DNA of 64,000 nucleotides from a virus (IMGVR_UViG_3300001580_000017:1-64000); one strand, 5' to 3'. Shown: positions 38,482 through 48,675, counted from the stretch's first letter. Numbers and translations: made by a program. The notes: a model not told the origin generated them from the letters alone.

Positions 38482-39706
38482 ATGATAAGAACAAGCAAGC
38501 ATATATTAAAATTCGCTAACAAAAATAAATTAGATATGCTTGAACAAATTTATTCTGATTGCAAGAAACAAATTGAAGTTTATATTGATCAAATTGTATC
38601 CGATAAACTTGAATTAAAAAAGATGATGAGTAGTAAGTTATTATCAAATGAATATATCGAGCAATCTAAATGGAAACAAATGTGTTATGAACAAACATCA
38701 GAAATAATAAGAAGTCAGTATAAAAAAGCATCAAATAAAAGATTTAATGTTTACAAAAAGATTTATGCTAAATTAAAAGAACAAAATAGATATAATAAAT
38801 TTATATCAAAGAAATTCTCCGAGTTAAATTTAAAACCAATTCAAACCACGAAATACTTAACTAAACCGAAATTAAATAATATCAGTATTATTATTCATCC
38901 GGAATTACTAAATTTTACATCTGACTCCAACAACTTTGATTCTTTTGTGAGATTAACTGCACCATATAAAAAGAAAACAAATAAAATAAGAAATCACTAT
39001 CAAACCATCAATCTTCCAATCAAGTATCATTCTCAATCAAATAAATTTAGAACTTCTGGTTGGAAGTTAAAGAACTCTATTTCTTTGATCAAAGTCAATA
39101 ATAATTTCTATTTTGATCTATTTTGGGAGAAGGAAGAAGTTGTGAAGAAAGTAAAAGGAAAGCAAATAGGATTAGATTGCGGTTACAAAAAATTACTCAT
39201 TTCATCGGATAATAAAATTTATGATTTGGGTTTAGAAAAAATCTATGAGAAGTTATCAAGAAAGAAACAAGGATCAAAGAATTTTAAACAAGCTTTAACC
39301 GAAAGAGATAATCTAATAAATCAAAGTATAAACAAACTCGAAACAGAAGAAATAAAAATAATTGTAGTTGAAGATTTAAAGAATGTAAAGGCAGGAAGTA
39401 AGTTTAGTAAAAAATTTAACAATAAGCTACAGAGATGGAGTTATCCAAAGGTTTTGAATAAACTATCTATGATTTGTGAGGAACAAGGTATTAATTTAGT
39501 TAGAGTTGATCCTGCTTATACAAGTCAAACATGTAGTGGGTGTGGATTTAAAGATAAAGACAATCGTAAAGCCGAGAAGTTTTTATGTTTGGGTTGTGGA
39601 TATGAAACTGATAGTGATTATAATGCTTCAGTGAATATTCTACATAGAGGCATATATAGTTCCTCTACCGAGAATAATAAAGCTAATTTAAAGGTTAGCT
39701 GACTGT
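38482..39706 (+). mobile_element. tnpB: TnpB-only element (CDS 38482..39702) with right end at GACTGT
   Basis: GLDCG, VVEDL, CxxC..CxxC, DSDYNA; 3' end shared with tnpB-3 up to 39706. Confidence 0.9.
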
Positions 39707-39792
39707 GAATCAAAATCGAATTTATAATTTTCAGATGATAAATACTGCTCGATGAGTGCTGTTGCTAAATTTCTTGCATCAATTAGATTCAT
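39688..39792 (-). pseudogene. Truncated SprT-like gene start interrupted by the tnpB-2 element
   Basis: MNLIDARNLATALIEQYLSSENYKFDFDS then runs into element sequence. Confidence 0.5.
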
Positions 39793-39973
39793 GAAATGCC
39801 TCTATTGCTGTATTATTTATCCAGTCAACATACCAATATAATTTTCCATTGATATAGCTGCTATCGGATTTCGCGAGTTTAGTTGAACATTTGGGGCAAT
39901 TAAAATTTATATTCGCATGTTCTGGTTCGGGTAGTTCTGATATAGTATCACATATTAAACATTTTATTTTCAA
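39779..39973 (-). CDS. Small zinc-ribbon protein
   Basis: CLIC...CPKC. Confidence 0.55.
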   Translation of the reverse strand: MKIKCLICDTISELPEPEHANINFNCPKCSTKLAKSDSSYINGKLYWYVDWINNTAIEAFHESN

Positions 39974-39974
39974 T

Positions 39975-40190
39975 TTAGTTTCCTTGCAGGTTAAACATTT
40001 CTTTTATTTTTGCAATTATCTTTATAGCTTCTGATTCAGTCATAGACATTGATGACCACTGATATCCGTTGTGGGTGATAGACAATATTTTTTGATCAGA
40101 TGATAGTTTGTTGTGTTCAATTTCTTCTCTGACAGCAAATGACTTCTCTCTGTGTTGTTTCATTTCTTCTTTAAAATCTTGGTCTATCAT
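39975..40190 (-). CDS. Hypothetical early protein
   Basis: GGAGAG SD, ATG 40190. Confidence 0.65.
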   Translation of the reverse strand: MIDQDFKEEMKQHREKSFAVREEIEHNKLSSDQKILSITHNGYQWSSMSMTESEAIKIIAKIKEMFNLQGN

Positions 40191-40218
40191 TTTTCTCTCC
40201 TGTTTTAAATTCAATAGT

Positions 40219-40247
40219 AATATAAGAATAATTTGATTAAATGTCAA
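40219..40247 (-). promoter_or_regulatory. Early sigma70-like promoter
   Basis: TTGACA-N17-TATATT. Confidence 0.85.
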
Positions 40248-40269
40248 ATAAATAATTAATCAATTTTAA

Positions 40270-40461
40270 CTATTTATTATAATGCATAGGACACCAAATA
40301 ATTACATCCTTCTCGTTTCTTTCTATTGGATGTACTTTTTTTAATTCAATAATTTCTTCATCGGGGTATAAATCAAACATTGGGCATGTAAATTGATCTT
40401 TACATGTAAAACAAATTCCATTCTGAGACCACATTTCAATTTTTAATTTATGAGTTTTCAT
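40270..40461 (-). CDS. Small Cys-containing early protein
   Basis: GGAGAG SD. Confidence 0.6.
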   Translation of the reverse strand: MKTHKLKIEMWSQNGICFTCKDQFTCPMFDLYPDEEIIELKKVHPIERNEKDVIIWCPMHYNK

Positions 40462-40478
40462 TTGTTCTCTCCTTTAAG

Positions 40479-40712
40479 TTAAATTACGCTACTCATACTA
40501 TCCACTATTAAAACTTTTGTTTCTTTACTTTTATTTTTCAACATGACATCTGCTATTATTTTATCACAATAATCTTTTGTTGCTATCATGTTTTTTGGAA
40601 TTATTGTCTTTGGTTCTCCTCCAGTCAGATTAACAATCAAATCGCCATATTGTTCTACTTCATAAATTACAGTATCGCCATTATCGTTTTGTTCTGCTAC
40701 CATTTTTATCAT
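40479..40712 (-). CDS. Hypothetical early protein
   Basis: GGAG SD. Confidence 0.55.
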   Translation of the reverse strand: MIKMVAEQNDNGDTVIYEVEQYGDLIVNLTGGEPKTIIPKNMIATKDYCDKIIADVMLKNKSKETKVLIVDSMSSVI

Positions 40713-40740
40713 TGTTTTCTCCTTGCTGTTGATTTACGGT

Positions 40741-40769
40741 AATATACATAATATTTTTTCAGATGTCAA
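40741..40769 (-). promoter_or_regulatory. Early sigma70-like promoter
   Basis: TTGACA-N17-TATATT. Confidence 0.85.
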
Positions 40770-40786
40770 GCTTTTTGTTGAGAAAA

Positions 40787-40813
40787 ATAAAAACCCATCG
40801 AAAAAGATGGGTT
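40787..40813 (-). terminator. Intrinsic terminator
   Basis: AACCCATC/GATGGGTT stem plus T-run. Confidence 0.8.
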
Positions 40814-40845
40814 GTAGAGTAGTGATGCTAAATAAATTTTATTTA

Positions 40846-41346
40846 TTATTCTTTATGATATGTATCCAACCCAGTTTTAAGTTCATCTTGAAGTTCTTCC
40901 AGATACTCTTTTTCAAATTCTAAATTAAAATCTCGCAAATGGCGCAAGGAAGTACCATGTTTTTTGAAATCTATGATGTCATTTTGAATTTCTTCAATTT
41001 CATCTTTTATAGAATCTTCTTTTAATTTTAAAAGTTTTTTCAAAAAACTCAAGTCAGATTGTGAAACTTTTCTTCGTTTCGCTTGTTCTACCCAATCTCT
41101 ATATTCTTTTAACTGAGCATCTGATCCCAGCATTGCTTCTTCAATTGTATCTTGAATTTCTTGTATATCATCTTCACTTGTCCATCCTATATATTTAGCA
41201 ATTTGTGATATAGTTTTACCATTCAAAAAACTATCTACTATTGCTCCAGTAAAATCATGTTCATCAGTGTATTCATCATAGTATTTATCATAAAAATCAC
41301 TTTCAAGAACTATGTCAGAATATGCTTCTATTAATTTGTTACTCAT
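40846..41346 (-). CDS. Putative internal head protein
   Basis: Leader MSNKLIEAYSDIVLES; own late promoter at 41365..41372. Confidence 0.55.
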   Translation of the reverse strand: MSNKLIEAYSDIVLESDFYDKYYDEYTDEHDFTGAIVDSFLNGKTISQIAKYIGWTSEDDIQEIQDTIEEAMLGSDAQLKEYRDWVEQAKRRKVSQSDLSFLKKLLKLKEDSIKDEIEEIQNDIIDFKKHGTSLRHLRDFNLEFEKEYLEELQDELKTGLDTYHKE

Positions 41347-41364
41347 TTTAAATCCTTTTCTCTT

Positions 41365-41372
41365 TATTTATA
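41365..41372 (-). promoter_or_regulatory. T4-type late promoter TATAAATA
   Basis: Exact octamer overlapping the upstream stop codon. Confidence 0.7.
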
Positions 41373-42270
41373 AAATATCCAAAAAAGTTTCTTTGGTTGG
41401 TTCGCCATCTAATATATATGGTATGATTTCTTTGTAATTTAATTTATCCATACAGTAATCATAAATTTTTGGATGAGTAGTTTTCATTTTATCAAACCTG
41501 TTGGGGCAACCATCTTTTTGTAAGCCGTATAAACACCACATACAGCCAGTTCTCGTGTATCCCTTATCGTAAATAGAAGAATATTTTAAATTATATTTTT
41601 TAATATATTCCCATATATCTGTTTCATTCCAAAACGACAACGGTGCACTCGTGGCTCTTTTCTTGTCAAAGGCATTACACCCATATTTGATCCATTGCAT
41701 TTTTCTCATTTCTGATTCTGATGCCATTGTTCCAATAATAGGATGAACTTCGTTTTCTTTTTCATAATTTTTCAGTGGATTTTTCTTTAAATAATCACAG
41801 CATTTATCGCTGATTTTGAATGGAGCATCTAAAAGAAACATCCATTTTTTTGAAACTGATCCTCTTCCACCATTAGTTCTGTATAATCTTAATTTTTCAC
41901 TTTTGGTGTTTCTTGCTTCATCAATATAATTAGATTGTTCCTTACTCACAACGGGATATCCATATTTTTCTATTATTTTGTTGAATGGTACTTTCGGTTT
42001 AATTATATCAACATTTGGAACGGTATTAACAAATTCCACTATTTCTGGAAATTCTAATCCCGTGTTACAAAAAACTGCTTTCATGTTTGGATAAATTCTT
42101 CGACATAAATGTAGCAGAACAGTAGAATCTTTTCCTCCAGAGAAAGAACAGTAAACATCTCCCTTGAAATGTTCATAAAACTCTCTTATTCTTAATAAAG
42201 TTTTTTGTTCTTTTATTTCTAATGGAAGCTTAAACATCCACTGATTACTACTTTTTTCTGTTGCCATCAT
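41368..42270 (-). CDS. PAPS-reductase-family (PP-loop, Fe-S) protein
   Basis: SFSGGKDS, NTGLEFPE, CCDYLKK, RTGCMWC; ends TFLDIL. Confidence 0.88.
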   Translation of the reverse strand: MMATEKSSNQWMFKLPLEIKEQKTLLRIREFYEHFKGDVYCSFSGGKDSTVLLHLCRRIYPNMKAVFCNTGLEFPEIVEFVNTVPNVDIIKPKVPFNKIIEKYGYPVVSKEQSNYIDEARNTKSEKLRLYRTNGGRGSVSKKWMFLLDAPFKISDKCCDYLKKNPLKNYEKENEVHPIIGTMASESEMRKMQWIKYGCNAFDKKRATSAPLSFWNETDIWEYIKKYNLKYSSIYDKGYTRTGCMWCLYGLQKDGCPNRFDKMKTTHPKIYDYCMDKLNYKEIIPYILDGEPTKETFLDIL

Positions 42271-42277
42271 TTTTCCA

Positions 42278-44587
42278 TTAACTACATTTAGAATTTCCGC
42301 ATTGTGGGCATAAACTACAACCAGATTGAAAAATTAACAAGCTTCCACAAGATTCACATTTTTCACCCGTCAGAGTATTTTCTGGAAGATATTCACCCAA
42401 TAATTTTTTTATTTGAAATATAAAAGAATAAATCGGGGGATTAATTATCTCAATTGTTTTTATTATTTCTATTATCGGAACACGATGTCTCAACAACATT
42501 CCGAGTACTCTGGCTATTTTTACCACATTTGGTTGTTTATTGGCAGCATTTTCTAATAATTTTTCAAGATGACCATTCTTGATATATTTTTTCGCAAGTT
42601 TAATTAAATGATCCAACACATCTTCAGTTAATATGGTTGTTTCTGTATTATTCGTATTTACAAACAACGCATTCGGCAATTTTGTCTCTGGATCAATGGT
42701 GTAAGTGATATACCACTTTTTGCCTTCTGATCTAATAACTTTTAATTTTGCATCACTATTATCAGGGAATTTGTAATCATCTAATATTTGCCATTCTCTT
42801 TTATCTTTTTCTGTGGCATTTAATACACCCTCACGACAACCATCTCTATAAATCGTAATTCCTTTTAATTCTTTTTCATGAGCATATTTGTATATATCAG
42901 AAATAGTTTCTTTTGTGGTTTCTTTTGGTAAATTTATGGTACTTGAAATTGCGGAACTTATATATTGCTGAAGAATTGCTTGAATATCTACTCTATCTTT
43001 CCAATTAATATCTTTTGAAGTTATAAAATTTGGATTCTCAAAATGAGCATTTTCTCCAAAAATTTTATTATACTCCAACACGAGAGGATGATAGATTGTA
43101 TATTTTTCTTTTTGACCGGTCTTTCCAGCTTGATGTATCGTTCTATCATAAGACAACATGAATATTGGTTCTATTCCAGAAGAAGTTTGTAGTACTATAG
43201 AAATTGATCCGGAAGGAGCACAAGTAGTATAACCGATGTTTCTTGTTCCATATTTTTTTAGTTCCGAAAGTATGTCCATTGTCAAGTTTTTAAAATAAGT
43301 ATGATTAGTCCATAGTTCAATTTCTTCTGTATTTTCGTATTTTTTTAATATTTGGCATTTTCCTCTTTCTTTGGATAAATTCACACTTGCTTTAATAGAG
43401 TGTAGATATAGAATTTTACCAATTTTATTCAAGACTATTTTTGAAGTTTCACTTCCATAAACTATATTTAATCTTATGAAACAATCCGCTAATCCGGTAA
43501 TACCTAAACCGATTTTATTCCCCATTAATGTCGCTTCTTTGTTGATGTCCAGAGGCTCTCTATCTAAATTTAAAATATTTACATTATCAAGAAATCTTAT
43601 AGAATTTTCAATTATTTCTCCAAACAAAGTATAATCAAATTCGGCTGTATCAGTAAAAGAATTTTTTACAAATTTGTTTAAATCTATACTACCGAGACAA
43701 CAGCTACCACCATTATTGAGTGGTAATTCTCCACACGGATTTGTACTGACTGGGCGAGTTTCATCAAAAACCGATGCGGGTTCTTTTAATACATTATTCC
43801 AAAAAAGTATTCCGGGTTCAGCCCCCGCCCAATTTGACTCCACAAATAAATCCCATATAATAGAAGCTTTTTCTTTTTTGGTAATATATGTTCCATTTTT
43901 TAATTTAAATGACATTTCCCATTCTTCATCATTTTTTAAAGCTTGAATAAATTCATCTGATATTTTAACAGATATATTCGCGAATTGAACTTTACTTTTA
44001 TCGCCTCCCCCTTTAACTTTTATGAAATCTATTATATCTGGACTTTTTATATCCATAGTTAACATCAAAGCTCCTCGCCTTCCATATTGCCCTATCAATC
44101 CAGTAACCATAGAATATAAATCCATGAATGAAACCGCGCCAGTTGTGGTTTTTGCTGAATTGTTCACTGGTGCTCCTTTTGGTCTCAGAGTAGAAATATC
44201 AAAACCAACTCCTCCACCCTTACTAAATAATTTTGCTTGTCTTTTTGCTGTTTCAAATATGCCATCTATGCTATCTTCATCTATTTGAATAACATAACAA
44301 TTTTTTAAAGTTGCAGTCATATCATTTGGATTTCCGAGAGCATATAAAATTCTTCCGCCCGGTGTAAAATAATCTAATGTTTTTCTAAATTTACCCAACC
44401 ATAAATTTTGATTTTCAAATGTTTCTGCTTTTATTATTGCTGTCGCTAATCTGTCTCTCATATCATCTAACGAAAATTCTAATAATTCTCCAGTTTCTTC
44501 ATTCTTGGTTGCATATTTTTTCATAAACACATCAGTTGCGAGTTCATCATTATTAAAATTTTTCAAAACTTTCTTTCTTTGTTCCAT
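42278..44587 (-). CDS. nrdJ: Class II (B12-dependent) ribonucleotide reductase
   Basis: PGGR, NCYV, TNPCGE, APSGSIS, C-terminal Cys cluster; no beta subunit in window. Confidence 0.85.
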   Translation of the reverse strand: MEQRKKVLKNFNNDELATDVFMKKYATKNEETGELLEFSLDDMRDRLATAIIKAETFENQNLWLGKFRKTLDYFTPGGRILYALGNPNDMTATLKNCYVIQIDEDSIDGIFETAKRQAKLFSKGGGVGFDISTLRPKGAPVNNSAKTTTGAVSFMDLYSMVTGLIGQYGRRGALMLTMDIKSPDIIDFIKVKGGGDKSKVQFANISVKISDEFIQALKNDEEWEMSFKLKNGTYITKKEKASIIWDLFVESNWAGAEPGILFWNNVLKEPASVFDETRPVSTNPCGELPLNNGGSCCLGSIDLNKFVKNSFTDTAEFDYTLFGEIIENSIRFLDNVNILNLDREPLDINKEATLMGNKIGLGITGLADCFIRLNIVYGSETSKIVLNKIGKILYLHSIKASVNLSKERGKCQILKKYENTEEIELWTNHTYFKNLTMDILSELKKYGTRNIGYTTCAPSGSISIVLQTSSGIEPIFMLSYDRTIHQAGKTGQKEKYTIYHPLVLEYNKIFGENAHFENPNFITSKDINWKDRVDIQAILQQYISSAISSTINLPKETTKETISDIYKYAHEKELKGITIYRDGCREGVLNATEKDKREWQILDDYKFPDNSDAKLKVIRSEGKKWYITYTIDPETKLPNALFVNTNNTETTILTEDVLDHLIKLAKKYIKNGHLEKLLENAANKQPNVVKIARVLGMLLRHRVPIIEIIKTIEIINPPIYSFIFQIKKLLGEYLPENTLTGEKCESCGSLLIFQSGCSLCPQCGNSKCS

Positions 44588-44630
44588 AAATGAATTTCCT
44601 TATCTACAATATTATTTTATTTAATTTTTA

Positions 44631-45269
44631 TTAACTATTCAGTTTTTGAAGTGCCACCATCTTTAAAGCTCGTATTTCTGTTGGTGTAAATTCAGAAATA
44701 ATCTCCGTTGTGTTGATATCCGGAGTTTTAAAAATAAAAGGTCTGTTTCTCACTGTGCTATAAAATTCTCCATCTTTTCCGAACATCGGTGATCCCAATT
44801 TAACTTCCACCCCAATTTCACCGAATCCCGGATAAGCTCCGCATTTATTTGTACTGATGAGATAATATTCTCCACTCGCTTTTGCATAGGTAATACTGTC
44901 TTGCCAATTCATTGTTCCGAGTACAATTAAATGGTTTTTTAATTTTCCTGTATCTTTTATATCAACCACAAATAAACTTTTTTCTCTTACACGAATTTCT
45001 GGTAAAGTTTCATGTTTAAAAATTTCAATATAGAAACCATCAATATCAGTTACAGAATACCCCAAACCAATTAAAATTGCTCTCAGTTCTCGGTGATTAT
45101 CCATTTTCTTTTTATATGGTATTCTTATTTTATCTTCGCCACATCCTTCATAAGTTCTAAAAGCACTTATAGTTCCACAATCAGGGTTCTTTGCAAAATC
45201 ATCCAATCTTCTGAGACTGCTTTCTTTAATACTTTTGCTACAATACATTTTTAACAATTTTTCATTCAT
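44631..45269 (-). CDS. Putative internal protein
   Basis: Leader ...SKSIKES; GTISAFR...QDSI pattern. Confidence 0.55.
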   Translation of the reverse strand: MNEKLLKMYCSKSIKESSLRRLDDFAKNPDCGTISAFRTYEGCGEDKIRIPYKKKMDNHRELRAILIGLGYSVTDIDGFYIEIFKHETLPEIRVREKSLFVVDIKDTGKLKNHLIVLGTMNWQDSITYAKASGEYYLISTNKCGAYPGFGEIGVEVKLGSPMFGKDGEFYSTVRNRPFIFKTPDINTTEIISEFTPTEIRALKMVALQKLNS

Positions 45270-45283
45270 TCATTTGTTCTCCT

Positions 45284-46300
45284 TTAAAAAATCAATTTCT
45301 CGTATCTGTTGTAAGATAAACCCAATGTATTCATTAAAACCATTATTTCCCACAAACATTGCTTATCTTCTGCTCCACCAATTATAGTTGCTCCATCAAA
45401 ATCTTTTAAAATATTAAAATCAAAATTTGGAAGTGCTATAACGATATCTTCATTTTTTAATTCTGTTTTTATTTTATCGGGAAGTTCCATGTTTTGAATA
45501 TCTTCATCAGTCAATTCATCAGTGGAGAAATGATAGTTATTCATCAGATACAATAATATAGCTTGAATGTATTCCTCTGCTACATTATTATCAAGATCAC
45601 GAATAAATCCATAACCCTTTTCAACCCAAATAATCCTATTCAAAAATTCATCCATTTCTTCACTGAAATCATTCGCAGAATTTTTTATCCAGTTTTTGAT
45701 ATCATGTTCTTTATCCAAATTCATCAAAGTTCCATTATAGAAGTAAATAATATCGCCCTTGAATTTTTTCAAAGATAAAGCGAACTGCTCTGGGGTAAAT
45801 CCAAATCCTTTCGTGTATTGAGGTTGAATATCCACAACAATTAGTTTATCGCCGGTTATCTTGAAATAACTGTTTCCGTGAATAATGTTTTGATCCTTGG
45901 CAAAACGAATTATATCAATGTAATCTTTTGCTATTTTTGATTCCATTATTTCTTGAGCGATTGGAGAATAAAATCCATTTTGCGCTTTACCATGAAAATC
46001 CAAAGGTGTGATTGTATATCCATCCCAATTAAAATCTTTTTCCACTATATCAGGAAGATAGCCAAAACATTTTTCTATATCAGGTATTCCATAGCCAGTG
46101 ACCAAGTATAAATTTCCGTTATTTGTGTTGAACATAAACCTGCCACTATTTCCTATGAATATTTTTAGATAAATATTTCCGGGGATAACCTGAATGGTGT
46201 CTGGAGATTTATCGATGTTTGTGTCTTTCTCATTATACTTTAATATTTTTTGAGAAAGCTGGGTTATAAATTTATCAAACTCGGATTTAAACTTCATCAT
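45284..46300 (-). CDS. Two-domain late protein with internal IMES site
   Basis: 338 aa in late operon. Confidence 0.55.
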   Translation of the reverse strand: MMKFKSEFDKFITQLSQKILKYNEKDTNIDKSPDTIQVIPGNIYLKIFIGNSGRFMFNTNNGNLYLVTGYGIPDIEKCFGYLPDIVEKDFNWDGYTITPLDFHGKAQNGFYSPIAQEIMESKIAKDYIDIIRFAKDQNIIHGNSYFKITGDKLIVVDIQPQYTKGFGFTPEQFALSLKKFKGDIIYFYNGTLMNLDKEHDIKNWIKNSANDFSEEMDEFLNRIIWVEKGYGFIRDLDNNVAEEYIQAILLYLMNNYHFSTDELTDEDIQNMELPDKIKTELKNEDIVIALPNFDFNILKDFDGATIIGGAEDKQCLWEIMVLMNTLGLSYNRYEKLIF

Positions 46301-46481
46301 TTGTGTAGGTTTTATTCTCCATATAATTTTTCATAGCTTTCATCCAGTTGTCTGCTATATCATTTATTACTTTAGCATCATAATCTGTAACAAACAACCC
46401 GCCAGTATATTCTTCCCAAAAAAGAGAATTTTGGGCTTTTATTTTTGTTGTTGGAGATTGTTTGCTTGGCTTAGTTTTCAT
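46287..46481 (-). CDS. Small late protein
   Basis: Start moved to MKTK, downstream of TATAAATA at 46487..46494. Confidence 0.45.
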   Translation of the reverse strand: MKTKPSKQSPTTKIKAQNSLFWEEYTGGLFVTDYDAKVINDIADNWMKAMKNYMENKTYTNDEV

Positions 46482-46486
46482 ATCAT

Positions 46487-46494
46487 TATTTATA
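46487..46494 (-). promoter_or_regulatory. T4-type late promoter TATAAATA
   Basis: Exact octamer. Confidence 0.7.
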
Positions 46495-46511
46495 ATAATT
46501 TCTTCCATAAT

Positions 46512-47480
46512 TTACAAAAATTTAAGATTATTCGCCAAATGTACCAAACAAGCTCGAAGTATAATTAATGAGTCTGTACATATTCCATTATCAGCTACAT
46601 ATTTTCCAAGTATTAAAGTTGCTTTGGATATGTTTTCGTCATCAGATTGAATTATGTTATACATTATACTATCGAACTCTCGGAAGAATGTGTTGGCATC
46701 TGTATCTATTGCAATTTTTCTCAGTTCTTTTATATTTTTTGATTTCAGGGCAGAAACCAGTTCATCTGTTACACCCTTTCCCATATCAAGAATTTTGGCA
46801 TCAACTTTTGACCGATTATACATTATGCTATACTGATGAAGGGTTGCAATTGTCTTTCTGAAATCTGGAAATTTTTGAATAATTAGTTTTTGAATTACAT
46901 CTTCGTCATATTCAATGTTTTCATTTTGCAGAATATAAAATAATCTTTTTCTGAATGCCAAAGCAAGCTGTCCACGTTCTTCTCTGTTAGCTGGTATCAG
47001 ATTGAATAATCCTTGAGATAATCTTGATCTGAGTGGTTCTATGATAGCAGATTCATTGTTTGTACTCAATATGAATCTTGCCACATGTTCAAGTTCCTCT
47101 ATTGTAACTTTAAGGGACATCTGCAAAGCTGGTGTCATTTGCTCCGCTTCATCAATGTAAATGAGTTTGTATTTGAATGTTTTATCGGCATCGGCGTAGG
47201 TACTGGCATATTTAATAATTTTATCCAGATTGGCTATTCCTCTATCTTCCCTGCTTGATCCGTTTAGATACATCATATCAGCATTTAATTCTGTTTGAAG
47301 CACTTTGACAAGTGTAGTTTTTCCTGTTCCCGAATTTCCATATAAGAGCATGTTCGGAAGATTTTGTTCTTTGATACAACTCTCAAAATAATTTCTGATA
47401 TTGTTTGTGAGTATGCAGTCCTTTAGTGTTGGTGGTCTCCATTTCTCTACCCATATGCTTGTGTCAGTTGTTTCTTTCAT
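46512..47480 (-). CDS. gp44: Clamp loader ATPase subunit, gp44-like
   Basis: WVEKWRP, GNSGTGKTT, IDEAE, PLRSR, FPDFRK. Confidence 0.93.
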   Translation of the reverse strand: MKETTDTSIWVEKWRPPTLKDCILTNNIRNYFESCIKEQNLPNMLLYGNSGTGKTTLVKVLQTELNADMMYLNGSSREDRGIANLDKIIKYASTYADADKTFKYKLIYIDEAEQMTPALQMSLKVTIEELEHVARFILSTNNESAIIEPLRSRLSQGLFNLIPANREERGQLALAFRKRLFYILQNENIEYDEDVIQKLIIQKFPDFRKTIATLHQYSIMYNRSKVDAKILDMGKGVTDELVSALKSKNIKELRKIAIDTDANTFFREFDSIMYNIIQSDDENISKATLILGKYVADNGICTDSLIILRACLVHLANNLKFL

Positions 47481-47490
47481 AATTATCCTT

Positions 47491-47838
47491 TTAAAATTTT
47501 TGTAAATATATTGTTTTGTTTAAGTTTTCTGCGAGTTTCAGTGAATGTTCTGTTCCTTTAGACCCGCCGATCCAAAAAGCGAAAACCACATCACAATTTT
47601 CTATGATATCTTTATTTCTAACAAAACCCGCCCGTCTTCCAAATTTTTCCCATTCCGGTTTGAATATAAGTTTTTTTATTTTAAACTCATTCGCAAAAAT
47701 TTCACCAAGTGTATCTGCTCCATTTGCTCCACCAGAAATAATTAATTCTATCTCATTTACATTAACATTTTTTTGAATGAAATCTTTTAGTTTCTGATAA
47801 TCATTAAAATTTCTTGATCCGATAATAGCAACTTTCAT
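47491..47838 (-). CDS. SLOG-family (YspA/DUF2493-like) protein
   Basis: IIGSR, SGGANGAD, AGFVRN. Confidence 0.85.
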   Translation of the reverse strand: MKVAIIGSRNFNDYQKLKDFIQKNVNVNEIELIISGGANGADTLGEIFANEFKIKKLIFKPEWEKFGRRAGFVRNKDIIENCDVVFAFWIGGSKGTEHSLKLAENLNKTIYLQKF

Positions 47839-48282
47839 TTAAAAATCCTCCCCCGCAAGATATCTCAAATAATCTAATTTGTTCTTAATATCAAATCTCT
47901 GATCATTTAATAAGCCTTGTATTCTATGAACGAATGTAGTTGTTAAATCCACTGCATCCATAAAATTTTTATAGCTTATCATAACTGCATCACTATCCAG
48001 CTTTTTTTCTATTTCTTTTTCACTCATGGTATAAACATTTACGTCTTTTATTGAAAAATATTTTATGCTACGAATTTTTTTATATTCAGTATCGAGTGCA
48101 GTCTGAATCTTTTTCCATTTATTATAGTGAGTTAACCAATTTTGAATTTTTGAACAGTTGTTAAAATTTTCTTCCATATCAGAATTTATAACCAAATCTT
48201 GAATAGCTTGTTGCTCAAGTTTTTTTAATTCGGTGTATATCTGTTCGATTTTTTCTGTTGGAATTGCCTTTATTTCTTGCAT
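47839..48282 (-). CDS. uvsY: Recombination mediator
   Basis: Helical protein ending LRYLAGE; lies near uvsW. Confidence 0.7.
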   Translation of the reverse strand: MQEIKAIPTEKIEQIYTELKKLEQQAIQDLVINSDMEENFNNCSKIQNWLTHYNKWKKIQTALDTEYKKIRSIKYFSIKDVNVYTMSEKEIEKKLDSDAVMISYKNFMDAVDLTTTFVHRIQGLLNDQRFDIKNKLDYLRYLAGEDF

Positions 48283-48309
48283 TTTCCCTTCCTTTTTGTT
48301 TGTAATGCT

Positions 48310-48338
48310 AAGTTAATACTAATTTTTATTTTTGTCAA
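48310..48338 (-). promoter_or_regulatory. sigma70-like promoter
   Basis: TTGACA-N17-TAACTT. Confidence 0.75.
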
Positions 48339-48354
48339 GAGTTTTTTAGCTTTT

Positions 48355-48675
48355 CTACATATAATCTTCTTCCAAAACTTCTTCCATATCCCTATTTGTT
48401 TTCCATAAAACTTTTCCGGATGAATCTTTTAATGAAATGAAATAATCAAAATCTTCTGTTCCATTAAGAGCGTCAATATAGTCCAATAATTTAATAGTTT
48501 CACTTTCCGGTGTTAAATTAAAATCAAGATAAAATCTGTCTATATATGCATAACCATAGAATAAACTACACATCATCAAAATTGCTTCATTATCGGTATC
48601 AGCTTCAAATAAAATATTATCAACCATATCTTCCATATTACATTCAAATGGAACTATTTCTAAAACATATCTCAC
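48355..48675 (-). CDS. Acidic hypothetical protein
   Basis: GTG start overlapping the uvsW stop. Confidence 0.5.
   Translation of the reverse strand: MRYVLEIVPFECNMEDMVDNILFEADTDNEAILMMCSLFYGYAYIDRFYLDFNLTPESETIKLLDYIDALNGTEDFDYFISLKDSSGKVLWKTNRDMEEVLEEDYM

Noticed and set aside
41368-42270. Complete Dnd phosphorothioation system
   Set aside because: No DndA, DndB, DndD or DndE-like genes recognised in the window
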